Shown piece by piece: positions 49,762 through 58,699 of a stretch of 64,000 bases of DNA. Positions within the stretch are counted from its first letter, which is position 1; every line of letters begins with the position of its first letter. This stretch comes from Longimicrobiales bacterium (GTDB lineage: Bacteria > Gemmatimonadota > Gemmatimonadetes > Longimicrobiales > Gaopeijiaceae). Both the position numbers and the translations under genes were made by a program. The notes beneath the pieces are model-generated. The model was not told the origin of the DNA and did no database searches. It saw nothing but the letters and a program-made list of their open reading frames with translations. The DNA is taken from NCBI GenBank assembly GCA_963664435.2, contig CAXXKM010000003.1, positions 896,001 through 960,000 of the forward strand, in the 5' to 3' direction.

Positions 49762-49872
49762 CAGATGCTCCTCCACTTCCGTTTACTCACTTCCCGGCAC
49801 CGGAATACTCAGCATGTCGAGTGATTCGTAGTGTTGGGTAACTCATCGCAGATACTTGCTCTGTCCATTACA

Positions 49873-51051
49873 TCAGCCCGGCCGCGGGAGCCGCGGTGAC
49901 GCCGGCCCCTGCCCCGACCGTGACGCCGGCCCCTGCCCCGATTCTCCGTGGATGATCAGCTCCCGCTTCGGATACGGGATTTCCACACCGGCGTCGGCGA
50001 AGGCTGCGACCGCCCTCCCCGTGATCTCGTCGGCAATCCGGCGGCGGTTGCGGGCCTCCAGGATCCAGACGCGCAGCTGGATCTGGACATCGGAGGGCCC
50101 GAAGCCGCGCACGATGACGAGGGGCTCGGGCGAAAGCTTGACCCCCTCCACCTTCTTCGCGGCGTCAATCAGCAGCACCTTGGCGCGGTCGATGTCGGAC
50201 TCGTACGCCACCGAGAAGGGAATGCGCAGGCGAATGTCCTCGCCCGACATCGTGTAGTTGATGATGTCGCGCACCATGATCTGGCTGTTGGGCACGACGA
50301 TCACCAGGTTGTCCGGGTTGCGGATCTTGGTGGCGCGCAGGCCGATCTCGATCACGTCGCCCCAGGTGCCGGTCTCGTTGGGCGCGCTCCAGAGCTCGAT
50401 GCGGTCCCCGACCTTGAAGGGCCGGTCCATGATCAGCAGCACGCCGGCGATCAGATTCGACAGCGTGTCCTTGGCCGCCAGGGAGAGCGCCAGACCCATG
50501 ACCCCGGCGCCGGCCAGCAGCGGGGCGATGTTCAGCCCCAGCAGGTCCAGGGCCAGCACGGCTCCGAGCGCCAGGATGATGAAGCGGACGGTGCGGTTGA
50601 TGAGGGGAAACGCCGTCTCGTCGAGCGTGGTTTCACCCTTGGCGATGACCCGCTCCTCGACCACGTCGAGGATGTCGCCGATGAAGCGGCTGAGCGGAAG
50701 AAACAGAAGCCCGACCCAGATCGCGAGCACCCAGTTCGCGGCCAGCGGCGCGTCCCCGGTCGCGTTGGGGATGGACCAGACCTGGATGATCCGCCAGGCG
50801 GCCCACGCGACGATCGAGAACAGCCCGGCGCTCAGCAGGAACTCGACGAAGTGGTCGTCGAGCCGGGTCTCGGTGCGCGTCACCCATCGCTTCTTCGCGC
50901 GGCCGAGAATCCAGCGGACAATGAAGTAAACGACCGTAGCCAGGACGATCGTCGCGACGGTGGGCATCCAGCGTGGAGCCGCGAAGGCGAGCGCGGCCCG
51001 CCACGCCGCGCCGATGTCGATGGAACCGAAGTTGAACCCCAGGAATTCCAA
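49873..51051 (-). CDS. Small-conductance mechanosensitive channel (MscS family)
   Basis: LLAGAGVMGLALSLAAKDTLSNLIAG, DRPFKVGDRI, IGLRAT, VPNS, EIPYP. Confidence 0.93.
   Translation of the reverse strand: MEFLGFNFGSIDIGAAWRAALAFAAPRWMPTVATIVLATVVYFIVRWILGRAKKRWVTRTETRLDDHFVEFLLSAGLFSIVAWAAWRIIQVWSIPNATGDAPLAANWVLAIWVGLLFLPLSRFIGDILDVVEERVIAKGETTLDETAFPLINRTVRFIILALGAVLALDLLGLNIAPLLAGAGVMGLALSLAAKDTLSNLIAGVLLIMDRPFKVGDRIELWSAPNETGTWGDVIEIGLRATKIRNPDNLVIVVPNSQIMVRDIINYTMSGEDIRLRIPFSVAYESDIDRAKVLLIDAAKKVEGVKLSPEPLVIVRGFGPSDVQIQLRVWILEARNRRRIADEITGRAVAAFADAGVEIPYPKRELIIHGESGQGPASRSGQGPASPRLPRPG
49896..49941. repeat. 24-bp-period tandem duplication in the mscS 3' end
   Basis: GTGACGCCGGCCCCTGCCCCGA at 49896-49917 and 49920-49941 (SGQGPAS twice). 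Confidence 0.8.
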
Positions 51052-51247
51052 ACCCGCCTCGCTCCGTGAAGAATCGGGTATGACCGACCCGTGAAGGGCC
51101 TAGCCTAATCGTTAGGTCGCTCGTATATCAACCGAACCGCCGGATCCCGGTCCCGGTCGTCCGCCCCGCATGCAACTCAAGTTCGCGGAACATAACCGGC
51201 AACCCCGGGCGGGACACCGGCGAAACGGGACTCCCCTTCCGGAGAAC

Positions 51248-52951
51248 ATGCCGATGACGGTGCGCGCTGTCGGGTCCGGCCCTTCGCTCTCGACCATCCG
51301 GTCCGTCCCCTGGATCTCTGCGCTCCGGTCCCTCCCCTGGATCTCTGCGTTCCGGTTCGTACCCCTCTTCGTCCTCCCGCTTGCGGCCTGCACGGCGGGC
51401 GGGGAGCCGGCCGACATCCTCATACTCGGCGGCTCGATGATCGACGGATCCGGGAGCGAGGCGACGGCGGCCGACCTGGCGGTGGCCGGTGACCGCATCC
51501 GCTTCGTCGGAGACGCGGAAGGCGCGGGGATCACGGCGAGGGACACGGTCGACGCGCGTGGGCTGGTGGTCGCGCCAGGCTTCATCGACATGCACTCCCA
51601 CGCCGAGCTCGACGCCGACCACGCGCGGGACGCGCGCGCCTTCCTGTACCAGGGCATCACGACGGTCGCGCTCGGGCTCGACGGGGGCGGCTCGGCCCAT
51701 GTGGCGGACCGGCTGGCCCGGTGGACCGAGGACGGCATCGGGGTGAACGCCTTCCTGTCCGTGGGCCACAACTGGGTGCGGCGGCAGGTGCTGGGGATGG
51801 CGGACCGCGCGCCCACGGAGGCCGAGCTGGACGAGATGCGCGCGCTGGTGCGCAAGGGCATGGAGGAGGGCGCGCAGGGCCTCTCTTCCGGGCTCTTCTA
51901 CCTGCCGGGCAACTATGCCGAGACCGAGGAGGTCATCGAGCTCAACCGGGTCGCCGCCGAGTACCCGGGGGCGATCTACGACACTCACGACCGCGATCTC
52001 GGCGCGGCCTACCCGCCCTTCGGCTACCTCAAGTCGATCGAGGAGGGCATCCGCATCGGCGAGGAGGCGGGCACCAAGGTCATCTTCAGCCATTTCAACG
52101 CCCAGGGGGCCCATAACTACGGCCGGGCGCCCGAGGGGGCCGCGCTCATCGAGGCGGCGCGGGCGCGCGGGGTGCAGGTGGCCGGCGCGCATCATTCCTA
52201 CACCGCTACCCAGTCCAACCTGCGCTCCTATACCATCCCGAGCTGGTTCGTGGCGGGGGGCGACACGGCGATGCTCCGGCGCTTCGACGACCCCGACACG
52301 GTCGAGGTGATCGACCGCCAGACGCGCGAGATGCTCGCCATCCGCGGCGGGGCCGACCGGCTGCTGTTCGCCGACCGGCGTCCGGAACTGAACGGCAGGA
52401 CGCTCCAGGAGGTGGCCGACGAGCTGGGGATGGAGCCCTCCGCAGCGGCCCGCCACATCCTGCGCGAGGGGAATGCGGCGGTGATGAACCTCGGCCTCTA
52501 CGACATCGAGAACGTGCGCTACCTGGCGCGGCTCAACTGGATGATGACCTGCACCGACGGGCGCGATCCGGGGCCGACCCGGCCGATCACCCACCCCCGC
52601 GCCTTCGGGTCGTTCTCGAGGAAGATCCGCGACCTGGTGCTCGACGAGGGCCTCATCACCCTGCCTCATGCCGTGCGCTCCATGACCGGGCTGGCCGCCG
52701 ACTTCCTGGAATGGCCCGAACGGGGGTATTTGCGCGAGGGATACTTCGCCGACATCGCCGTGCTCGAGCTCGACGCGGTTCGGGACATGGCGACCTACGA
52801 GGATCCGCACCAGTACTCGGAGGGGACCGTGCACGTGCTGGTGAACGGAGTCTTCGCCATCCGGCACGGCGAGGCTGCGAGGGCGCTGGCGGGGCGGGCG
52901 CTGGTGCGCGGCGGCGCGGCTTTCGAGGCGGGCGCGCCCGATGACGGCTGA
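51248..52951 (+). CDS. N-acyl-D-amino-acid deacylase family amidohydrolase
   Basis: IDGSG, VAPGFIDMHSH, GLSSGLFYLPG, HPRAFGSF, RGYLREGYFADI; lipobox LAAC; start uncertain. Confidence 0.9.
   Translation: MPMTVRAVGSGPSLSTIRSVPWISALRSLPWISAFRFVPLFVLPLAACTAGGEPADILILGGSMIDGSGSEATAADLAVAGDRIRFVGDAEGAGITARDTVDARGLVVAPGFIDMHSHAELDADHARDARAFLYQGITTVALGLDGGGSAHVADRLARWTEDGIGVNAFLSVGHNWVRRQVLGMADRAPTEAELDEMRALVRKGMEEGAQGLSSGLFYLPGNYAETEEVIELNRVAAEYPGAIYDTHDRDLGAAYPPFGYLKSIEEGIRIGEEAGTKVIFSHFNAQGAHNYGRAPEGAALIEAARARGVQVAGAHHSYTATQSNLRSYTIPSWFVAGGDTAMLRRFDDPDTVEVIDRQTREMLAIRGGADRLLFADRRPELNGRTLQEVADELGMEPSAAARHILREGNAAVMNLGLYDIENVRYLARLNWMMTCTDGRDPGPTRPITHPRAFGSFSRKIRDLVLDEGLITLPHAVRSMTGLAADFLEWPERGYLREGYFADIAVLELDAVRDMATYEDPHQYSEGTVHVLVNGVFAIRHGEAARALAGRALVRGGAAFEAGAPDDG
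51297..51365 (+). repeat. 27-bp tandem repeat (about 2.5 copies) in the deacylase 5' region
   Basis: TCCGGTCC(G/C)TCCCCTGGATCTCTGCG(C/T) twice plus a partial copy. Confidence 0.75.
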
Positions 52952-53738
52952 GCGGGCGGGGCGCGAGGTCCTCGTAACGCGCGATGCGGCGCTGCTTACG
53001 CTCACCCTCCATCGCCCGCATCGGCTGAACGCGGTGAACCTGCCGCTCTATGCGAAGCTGGTCGCGGAGCTGGAAGCTGCGGAGGCGGACGGCGGAATCC
53101 GCTGCGTCGTCGTGACCGGGAGCGGGCGGGCGTTCTGTGCCGGCGCGGACCTGAAGGCGCACGCCGAGCAGCCGATGACGGGGGAGGAACGGGAGCGCTA
53201 TGTGCGAACCGCCCAGCGCGCCAACCACCTGATGCAGACGATGGGTACGCCGGTGGTGGCGGCGGTGAACGGGCACGCCATCGGGGCGGGGCTCGAACTG
53301 GCGCTGTCGGCGGATTTCGCCATCGTCGCGGAGGAAGCGAAACTCCGGCTGCCCGAGATCGCGCTCGGCACGTTCCTGGGAGGAGGCGTGGTCTACACGC
53401 TGGCCGAGCGGGTCGGAGTGCTCAAGGCCCGCGAGCTCGTGTACCTGGGCGACTTCTTCCCGGGAGCGGAAGCCGCCGGCATGGGGTTGGTCAACCGCGC
53501 GCTGCCGGCGGACGAGGTGCTGCCCGCGGCGCGCGAGCTGGCGGCCCGCCTGGCGCGTCGTGCTCCCATTCCGCTGGCGGAGGCGAAACGGCTCATCGGG
53601 CCGGCCGGCAACCTGTCGCGCGAGCAGGCGCTGGAGCGGGAGCGGGCGGCGCTGGAGGAGATCTTCCGAACGGATGACTGGGCGGAGGGCGTGGCGGCGT
53701 TCCGGGAAGGGCGGGCTCCGAACTACCGGGGACGTTAG
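52941..53738 (+). CDS. Enoyl-CoA hydratase/isomerase family protein
   Basis: AFCAGADL, AVNGHAIGAGLEL, LPEIALG, EGVAAFREGRAP. Confidence 0.94.
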   Translation: MTAERAGREVLVTRDAALLTLTLHRPHRLNAVNLPLYAKLVAELEAAEADGGIRCVVVTGSGRAFCAGADLKAHAEQPMTGEERERYVRTAQRANHLMQTMGTPVVAAVNGHAIGAGLELALSADFAIVAEEAKLRLPEIALGTFLGGGVVYTLAERVGVLKARELVYLGDFFPGAEAAGMGLVNRALPADEVLPAARELAARLARRAPIPLAEAKRLIGPAGNLSREQALERERAALEEIFRTDDWAEGVAAFREGRAPNYRGR

Positions 53739-53760
53739 TCGCTGGCCGGCCGACTGTAAG

Positions 53761-56004
53761 ATGACCCTTCGGCGCATCTTCGAGCCCGCTTCGATCGCTG
53801 TGGTGGGGGCCAGCGCCAATCCCACGAAGAGGGGCTACCAGATCCTGCGCGGGCTGGCGAGGTCGGGCTACCCGGGCCCGGTCTACGCCGTGAACCCGCG
53901 CGGAGGACGTCTCCTGGGACACGTCCTGCTCACATCCGTGGAGGCGCTGCCGGCCGGTGTGGATCTGGCCGTCCTGTGCACTCCCGCCGGGATGGCGCCC
54001 GCGCTCGTGCGCGCCTGCGGGGAGCGGGGCGTGGGCGGGGTGGTGGTGCTCGCGGTGGGGTTCGGCGAGTCGGGGAGCCGGGGGGCGGAGCTGGAGGCCC
54101 GCCTGGGCGAGGCGGCGCGCGCGCACGGCGTCCGCGTGATCGGCCCGAACACCTCCGGGATGATGAACCTGCACCAGGGCGTGAATCTGATCGGCGTGCG
54201 CGATGTGCGGGCCGGGGGCATCGCGCTGCTGGTGCAGTCGGGCAACATCGCGCTCGGGCTCATGAACGAGATCGGTGCGCGCACGCGGGAGGGGGTTTCC
54301 GTGTGCTGCGGGCTCGGCAACCAGGTGGACGTCGGGTTCGGCGAGGTGCTCGAGCACCTGGGTGAAGACGAGCACACGAGGGCGGTGATCGCGCACGTGG
54401 AGGGCTTCACGGACGCGCGCGCGTTCCTGCGGGCCGCCGCGCGGGTCACGCCCCGCAAGCCCGTGGTGGTGATCAAGTCGGGGCGGACGGCCGTGGGGGC
54501 CCGGGCGGCCCTGTCGCACACCGGGGCGGTCGCGGGTCCGTACGACCGCTTGCGGGCGGGGCTGTCGCAGGCCGGGGTGACCGAGGTGCGCCGTACCGAC
54601 CAGCTGGTCGCGGTCGCGCATGCGCTGGCGTCGCAGCCCGCCGCGCCTTCCGGCAGCGGGATCGCGATCCTCTCGGACGGCGGCGGGCAGAACACCCTGG
54701 CGGTGGACGCGATCACCGAGTCGGGGGCGCGGCTGGCGACCCTTGCGCGCGAGACCCGGGACCGGCTGCGGGAGGTGCTGGGCCCGGCCGCCGCGGTCGC
54801 CAACCCTGTGGACGTGGCGGGCGCGGCGGACACCGACCCGGGTGCCTTCGCGCGCGCGCTGGACGTGCTCGCCCCCGACCCGGCTGTCGGGATCATCCTG
54901 GTGGTGGGGCTCTTCGGAGGCTACGGCATCCGCTTCTCCGACCGACTGACGGCTCCCGAGACCGAAGCCGCCCGGGCGATGGCGGCCAGGATGCGCGCCC
55001 TCGGGAAGGCCATGGTTGTGCACTCCATGTACACCACCTACGACAGCCCGCCCCTGAAGGCCTTCGTCGATGCCGGCATCCCCGTGATCGAGTCGCTGGA
55101 AGCGGCGTGCCGCGCCACGATCGAACTCGAGCGCCGGTCGCGGCGGGGGCGCGCATCCCGTTGGAACCCCGACGAGGTTCCTCCTGCGTCCGACCTGCAG
55201 GCCGGCCCGTCGCGGACCGCCTCGGCGACCCGCCCACCGGGGTCCGACCCGGCTGCTACCCTCCCGCCGCCCGGCGCGGACACGCCCGTCCCTCCACGCC
55301 ACCCCGCGATCCGCGCGGCCCGCGAGGAAGGGCGGATCACGCTGACCGAAGTGGAGGCCCGCGCCCTGCTGGAGGCGGCGGGGCTGGCCTTCCCCGCCGC
55401 CGAGGTCGCCGACTCGGGAGAAGCGGCCGCCAGGGCGGCGGAGCGCTTCGCGTGTCCGGTGGCGGTCAAGCTCCTCTCCCGCCGGATCACCCACAAGTCG
55501 GACGCCGGCGGGGTGGTGCTCGACGTGGCGGACCGCGCCGCCGCCGCCCGCGCCTTCGAGGCCATCGTCTCAAACGCGCATGCCTACGCCCGCGCCGAGA
55601 ACATCCCCTCGGAAGCCTGGGCCGTACTGGTCACCCCGATGCTGCCCGCACCCATGGGCGAAGTGCTCGTCGGCGCATACCGCGATCCCCAGCTCGGCCC
55701 GATGCTCACCGTCGGCAGTGGCGGAACCCGGGTGGAGGTGCTGCGCGATGTCACCCATCGGGTGCTTCCCGTGCGGCCGCGGGACGTGAAGATGATGATC
55801 CGGGAACTGCGCGCCAGTCCTCTGCTCACCGGAAGCCGGGGCCATCCTCCCGTCTCCGTCGCCGGAATCGTCCAGGCAGCCGAGGCCGTGGCGCGCTGCC
55901 TCTCGACCTGGAGCGACGTCGCCGCAGTCGAGGTCAACCCACTCTTCGCGTACGGCGACCGCGCCGTTCCGGCCGACGCGCGCGTGATCCTGTCCGGTTC
56001 GTGA
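53761..56004 (+). CDS. Acyl-CoA synthetase (NDP-forming, acetate-CoA ligase family), fused alpha/beta
   Basis: SIAVVGAS, IGPNTSG, QSG, SHTGA, NPVD, HKSDAGGV, EVNPL. Confidence 0.93.
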   Translation: MTLRRIFEPASIAVVGASANPTKRGYQILRGLARSGYPGPVYAVNPRGGRLLGHVLLTSVEALPAGVDLAVLCTPAGMAPALVRACGERGVGGVVVLAVGFGESGSRGAELEARLGEAARAHGVRVIGPNTSGMMNLHQGVNLIGVRDVRAGGIALLVQSGNIALGLMNEIGARTREGVSVCCGLGNQVDVGFGEVLEHLGEDEHTRAVIAHVEGFTDARAFLRAAARVTPRKPVVVIKSGRTAVGARAALSHTGAVAGPYDRLRAGLSQAGVTEVRRTDQLVAVAHALASQPAAPSGSGIAILSDGGGQNTLAVDAITESGARLATLARETRDRLREVLGPAAAVANPVDVAGAADTDPGAFARALDVLAPDPAVGIILVVGLFGGYGIRFSDRLTAPETEAARAMAARMRALGKAMVVHSMYTTYDSPPLKAFVDAGIPVIESLEAACRATIELERRSRRGRASRWNPDEVPPASDLQAGPSRTASATRPPGSDPAATLPPPGADTPVPPRHPAIRAAREEGRITLTEVEARALLEAAGLAFPAAEVADSGEAAARAAERFACPVAVKLLSRRITHKSDAGGVVLDVADRAAAARAFEAIVSNAHAYARAENIPSEAWAVLVTPMLPAPMGEVLVGAYRDPQLGPMLTVGSGGTRVEVLRDVTHRVLPVRPRDVKMMIRELRASPLLTGSRGHPPVSVAGIVQAAEAVARCLSTWSDVAAVEVNPLFAYGDRAVPADARVILSGS

Positions 56005-56128
56005 CGCCCCGCGTACATCGAGCCAAGAGATGTCCCGCCCTCGGAAGCCAAGGTTGCACGCCCGGGAGCAGGCCCCGCATCTTGCCATCTTGCGAAGTGC
56101 ATGCCCCACCCTCACCCCGGAGGCATCC

Positions 56129-56530
56129 ATGAACAAGAACTTCCTCATGGCCACGATCGCGGGCGGCGTCACCCTGTTCGTGCTGGGCTATCTTATCTAC
56201 GCCGTGCTGCTGGCGGACTTCTTCGCGAACGACGCGATCAATCCCGAGCCCATCATGTGGGCGGTGACCCTGGGTCAGTTCCTTTCCGCCGCGTTACTCA
56301 CCATCATCCTGGGTTGGAAGGGCGTCGCGAATGCGAAGGAGGGCTTTCACGCCGGGGCGATCATCGGGGCCGTGATCGGTCTTGCCTTCGGCCTGATGAT
56401 GTACGGGACGATGGTGGGCATGCACACGATCGCGACCCTCCTCGGCGATACCGTGGTCTCGCTGGTCGTCTACGGGGTCGGTGGCGCGGTGATCGCGATG
56501 GTGCTCAACCGGGGAGCCGCCGAGGCCTGA
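56129..56530 (+). CDS. Small 4-TM membrane protein (DUF1761-like)
   Basis: GGAGG RBS; four hydrophobic helices with G-rich motifs. Confidence 0.65.
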   Translation: MNKNFLMATIAGGVTLFVLGYLIYAVLLADFFANDAINPEPIMWAVTLGQFLSAALLTIILGWKGVANAKEGFHAGAIIGAVIGLAFGLMMYGTMVGMHTIATLLGDTVVSLVVYGVGGAVIAMVLNRGAAEA

Positions 56531-56581
56531 TCCAGGCTCCGCACTCTGGTCGCCGGAAGCCCCCGGGGGGCCGAGGCCCGG

Positions 56582-57037
56582 CTACCGCGCGAACACCACC
56601 GCCAGCCGCCGCCGCAACTCGTCCCGCACCGCCCTAAAAGCGTCCAGTCGCGCCCCGGGACGTCCCCGAGCCGCCGCCGGGTCGGGCAGCCCCCAGTGCA
56701 CCCGGTGCGCGTCCCCGAGCCAGACCGGGCACACCTCCTCCGCGCACAGCGTGACCACGGCGTCCACCGGGCGGACTACGTCGTCCACCCCCTTGGAGTG
56801 ATGCCCCGAGATGTCGATCCCGACCTCGGCCAGGACCGCCACCGCCTGCGGGCGCACCGACGACGGCTCAGAGCCCGCGGAAGAGACCCTGACGCCGGCG
56901 GGCGCGAGATGGCGGGCGATCCCCTCGGCCAGCTGACTGCGTGCCGAGTTGGCCACGCACAGGAAGAGGATGTGCCGGAATCCCAGGTCGCGCAGCGCGT
57001 CCGCGTCCGAGCGCCAGCTCTCGCCCAACCCTGCCAT
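56582..57037 (-). CDS. arsC: Arsenate reductase (thioredoxin-type, LMW-PTP fold)
   Basis: LFLCVANSARSQLAEG, SAGS, TLCAEEVCP, HWGLPDP; GGAG RBS. Confidence 0.85.
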   Translation of the reverse strand: MAGLGESWRSDADALRDLGFRHILFLCVANSARSQLAEGIARHLAPAGVRVSSAGSEPSSVRPQAVAVLAEVGIDISGHHSKGVDDVVRPVDAVVTLCAEEVCPVWLGDAHRVHWGLPDPAAARGRPGARLDAFRAVRDELRRRLAVVFAR

Positions 57038-57133
57038 CAGCTCCGTTTCCTCCTGTCCCGGCCGGGATCGTGGAAGTAGGATTGAACGCGCCTGCCCGGA
57101 CAACCTCGCGAGGGTCCCATGCCGGCGCGAGTC

Positions 57134-57321
57134 GTTCATCCCACGCGTCGCACCCGCGAATGGTTCATTCCACGCGCGTCGTTCATCCTACCAATCGTTC
57201 ATCCTACCAATCGTTCATCCTACCAATCGTTCATCCCACCAATCGTTCATCCCACCAATCGTTCATCCCGCGCGGCGTTGTTCATCCCACCCATCGTTCA
57301 TCTCCACCAATCGTACATTCC
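57134..57321. repeat. 16-bp tandem repeat array GTTCATCC(T/C)ACCAATC
   Basis: Five near-perfect contiguous units at 57181-57260, plus degenerate units at 57134, 57163, 57261, 57280, 57296 and 57313. Confidence 0.92.
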
Positions 57322-58650
57322 ATGAGAAACGATTCCGACCGGCGGGTTCGCCCTTCCACGCCCGTCATCCTCCCGGCAGCCCGTGGACGAACTCCTTCCG
57401 GCTCCGCGCCTCGCCGCTCTCGGTGCTTGCGCGGATTTGCTTACGGACTGCTGGGGGTGCTGGCCGCCTGCGCGCCGTCCCCGGAAGCGCCGTCCACCGC
57501 CGACCAGGCCATCGTGCGGACCGCCCTCCACGACTTCCGTGTCGAGGAAGTCGCCGACGGCCTGGTCCGCCCCTTTGCCATGGCCTTCACGCCGGAGGGC
57601 GATCTGCTGGTAACGGAGCGTCCGGGCCGACTCCGCATCATCCGAAACGGAGAACTGCTGCCCGATTCCGTTGACGGACTGCCCGAGATACGGGCCCTTG
57701 GACGCGGGGCGCGATCCATGGACGGATTCGAGCAGGCCGGCCTGCGCGATGTCGTCCTCCATCCGGACTTCGCCGCGAACCGTCTTCTCTACCTCAGCTA
57801 CACCAGGCCCGGGCCCGATTCGCTGGGGAACATCGCGATCGCGCGCGGCCGATTCGCCGGCGACAGGCTGACGGAGGTCAAGGAGTTGTTTCACGCGGAT
57901 GCGCCGGGGAACGGAACCGATCGCAGTTCGATGTGGGGAGGGCGGCTCGCGTTCGATGACGACGGGTACCTCTTCATGACGCTGGGAGATCGGCAGTGGC
58001 CTTCCGCGGGCGACCTGACGGCGCACCCCGCACAGGACCTCTCGAATCACAACGGAACCACAATCCGGATTCATGACGACGGCCGCGTCCCCGCCGACAA
58101 CCCGTTCGTGGACGTGCAGGGCGCGCAGCCGGAGATCTGGACCTACGGCCACCGCAACGCCCAGGGGATGGCCATCGACCCGGGGACCGGCGACCTGTGG
58201 CAGAACGAGCACGGCCCCCAGGGCGGAGACGAGCTCAACCTGATCGAGCCCGGCCGCAACTACGGCTGGCCCGTTGTCGGCTACGGCGTCCACTACCGAA
58301 CCGGCCTCCGGATCCACGCGGGCACGCAGCATGAGGAAATGCAGGCGCCGGCCCACGTCTGGGTTCCCTCGATCGGCATATCGGGGATGCTCTTCTACAC
58401 GGGGGAAGCGTTCCCCGGTTGGCACGGGGATGCGCTGGTTGGAGGATTGCGTGGCCAGCGCCTGGTCCGGCTGCGCCTCGACCAGCGGCGGGTCGCCCGC
58501 GAGGAAACGCTGCTTCAGGACATCGGCCGCATCCGCGACGTTCGCCAGGGCCCCGATGGACTGATCTACCTGGCGATCGACGGCACCACCCGCGACATCG
58601 ATGGCCCGCCCACCAGGATCGTCCGGATGGTGCCGGCGGGCCGGCGGTAG
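57322..58650 (+). CDS. PQQ-dependent sugar dehydrogenase (GSDH/YliI family)
   Basis: LVTERPGRL, LHPDF..N, WGGRL, PADNPF, IWTYGHRNAQG, EHGPQGGDELN, GRIRDVRQGPDG; start uncertain. Confidence 0.93.
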   Translation: MRNDSDRRVRPSTPVILPAARGRTPSGSAPRRSRCLRGFAYGLLGVLAACAPSPEAPSTADQAIVRTALHDFRVEEVADGLVRPFAMAFTPEGDLLVTERPGRLRIIRNGELLPDSVDGLPEIRALGRGARSMDGFEQAGLRDVVLHPDFAANRLLYLSYTRPGPDSLGNIAIARGRFAGDRLTEVKELFHADAPGNGTDRSSMWGGRLAFDDDGYLFMTLGDRQWPSAGDLTAHPAQDLSNHNGTTIRIHDDGRVPADNPFVDVQGAQPEIWTYGHRNAQGMAIDPGTGDLWQNEHGPQGGDELNLIEPGRNYGWPVVGYGVHYRTGLRIHAGTQHEEMQAPAHVWVPSIGISGMLFYTGEAFPGWHGDALVGGLRGQRLVRLRLDQRRVAREETLLQDIGRIRDVRQGPDGLIYLAIDGTTRDIDGPPTRIVRMVPAGRR

Positions 58651-58699
58651 GGGCGCGTCGGCCGGGGATCTCCGGACGGGGACCTTCAGCCGGCGCTCC

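Noticed and set aside
56582..57037. Complete arsenic-resistance operon
   Set aside because: Lone arsC-like gene; no arsR or arsB/acr3 adjacent.
57134..57321. CRISPR array
   Set aside because: Units are 16 bp and contiguous with no unique spacers; no cas genes in the window.
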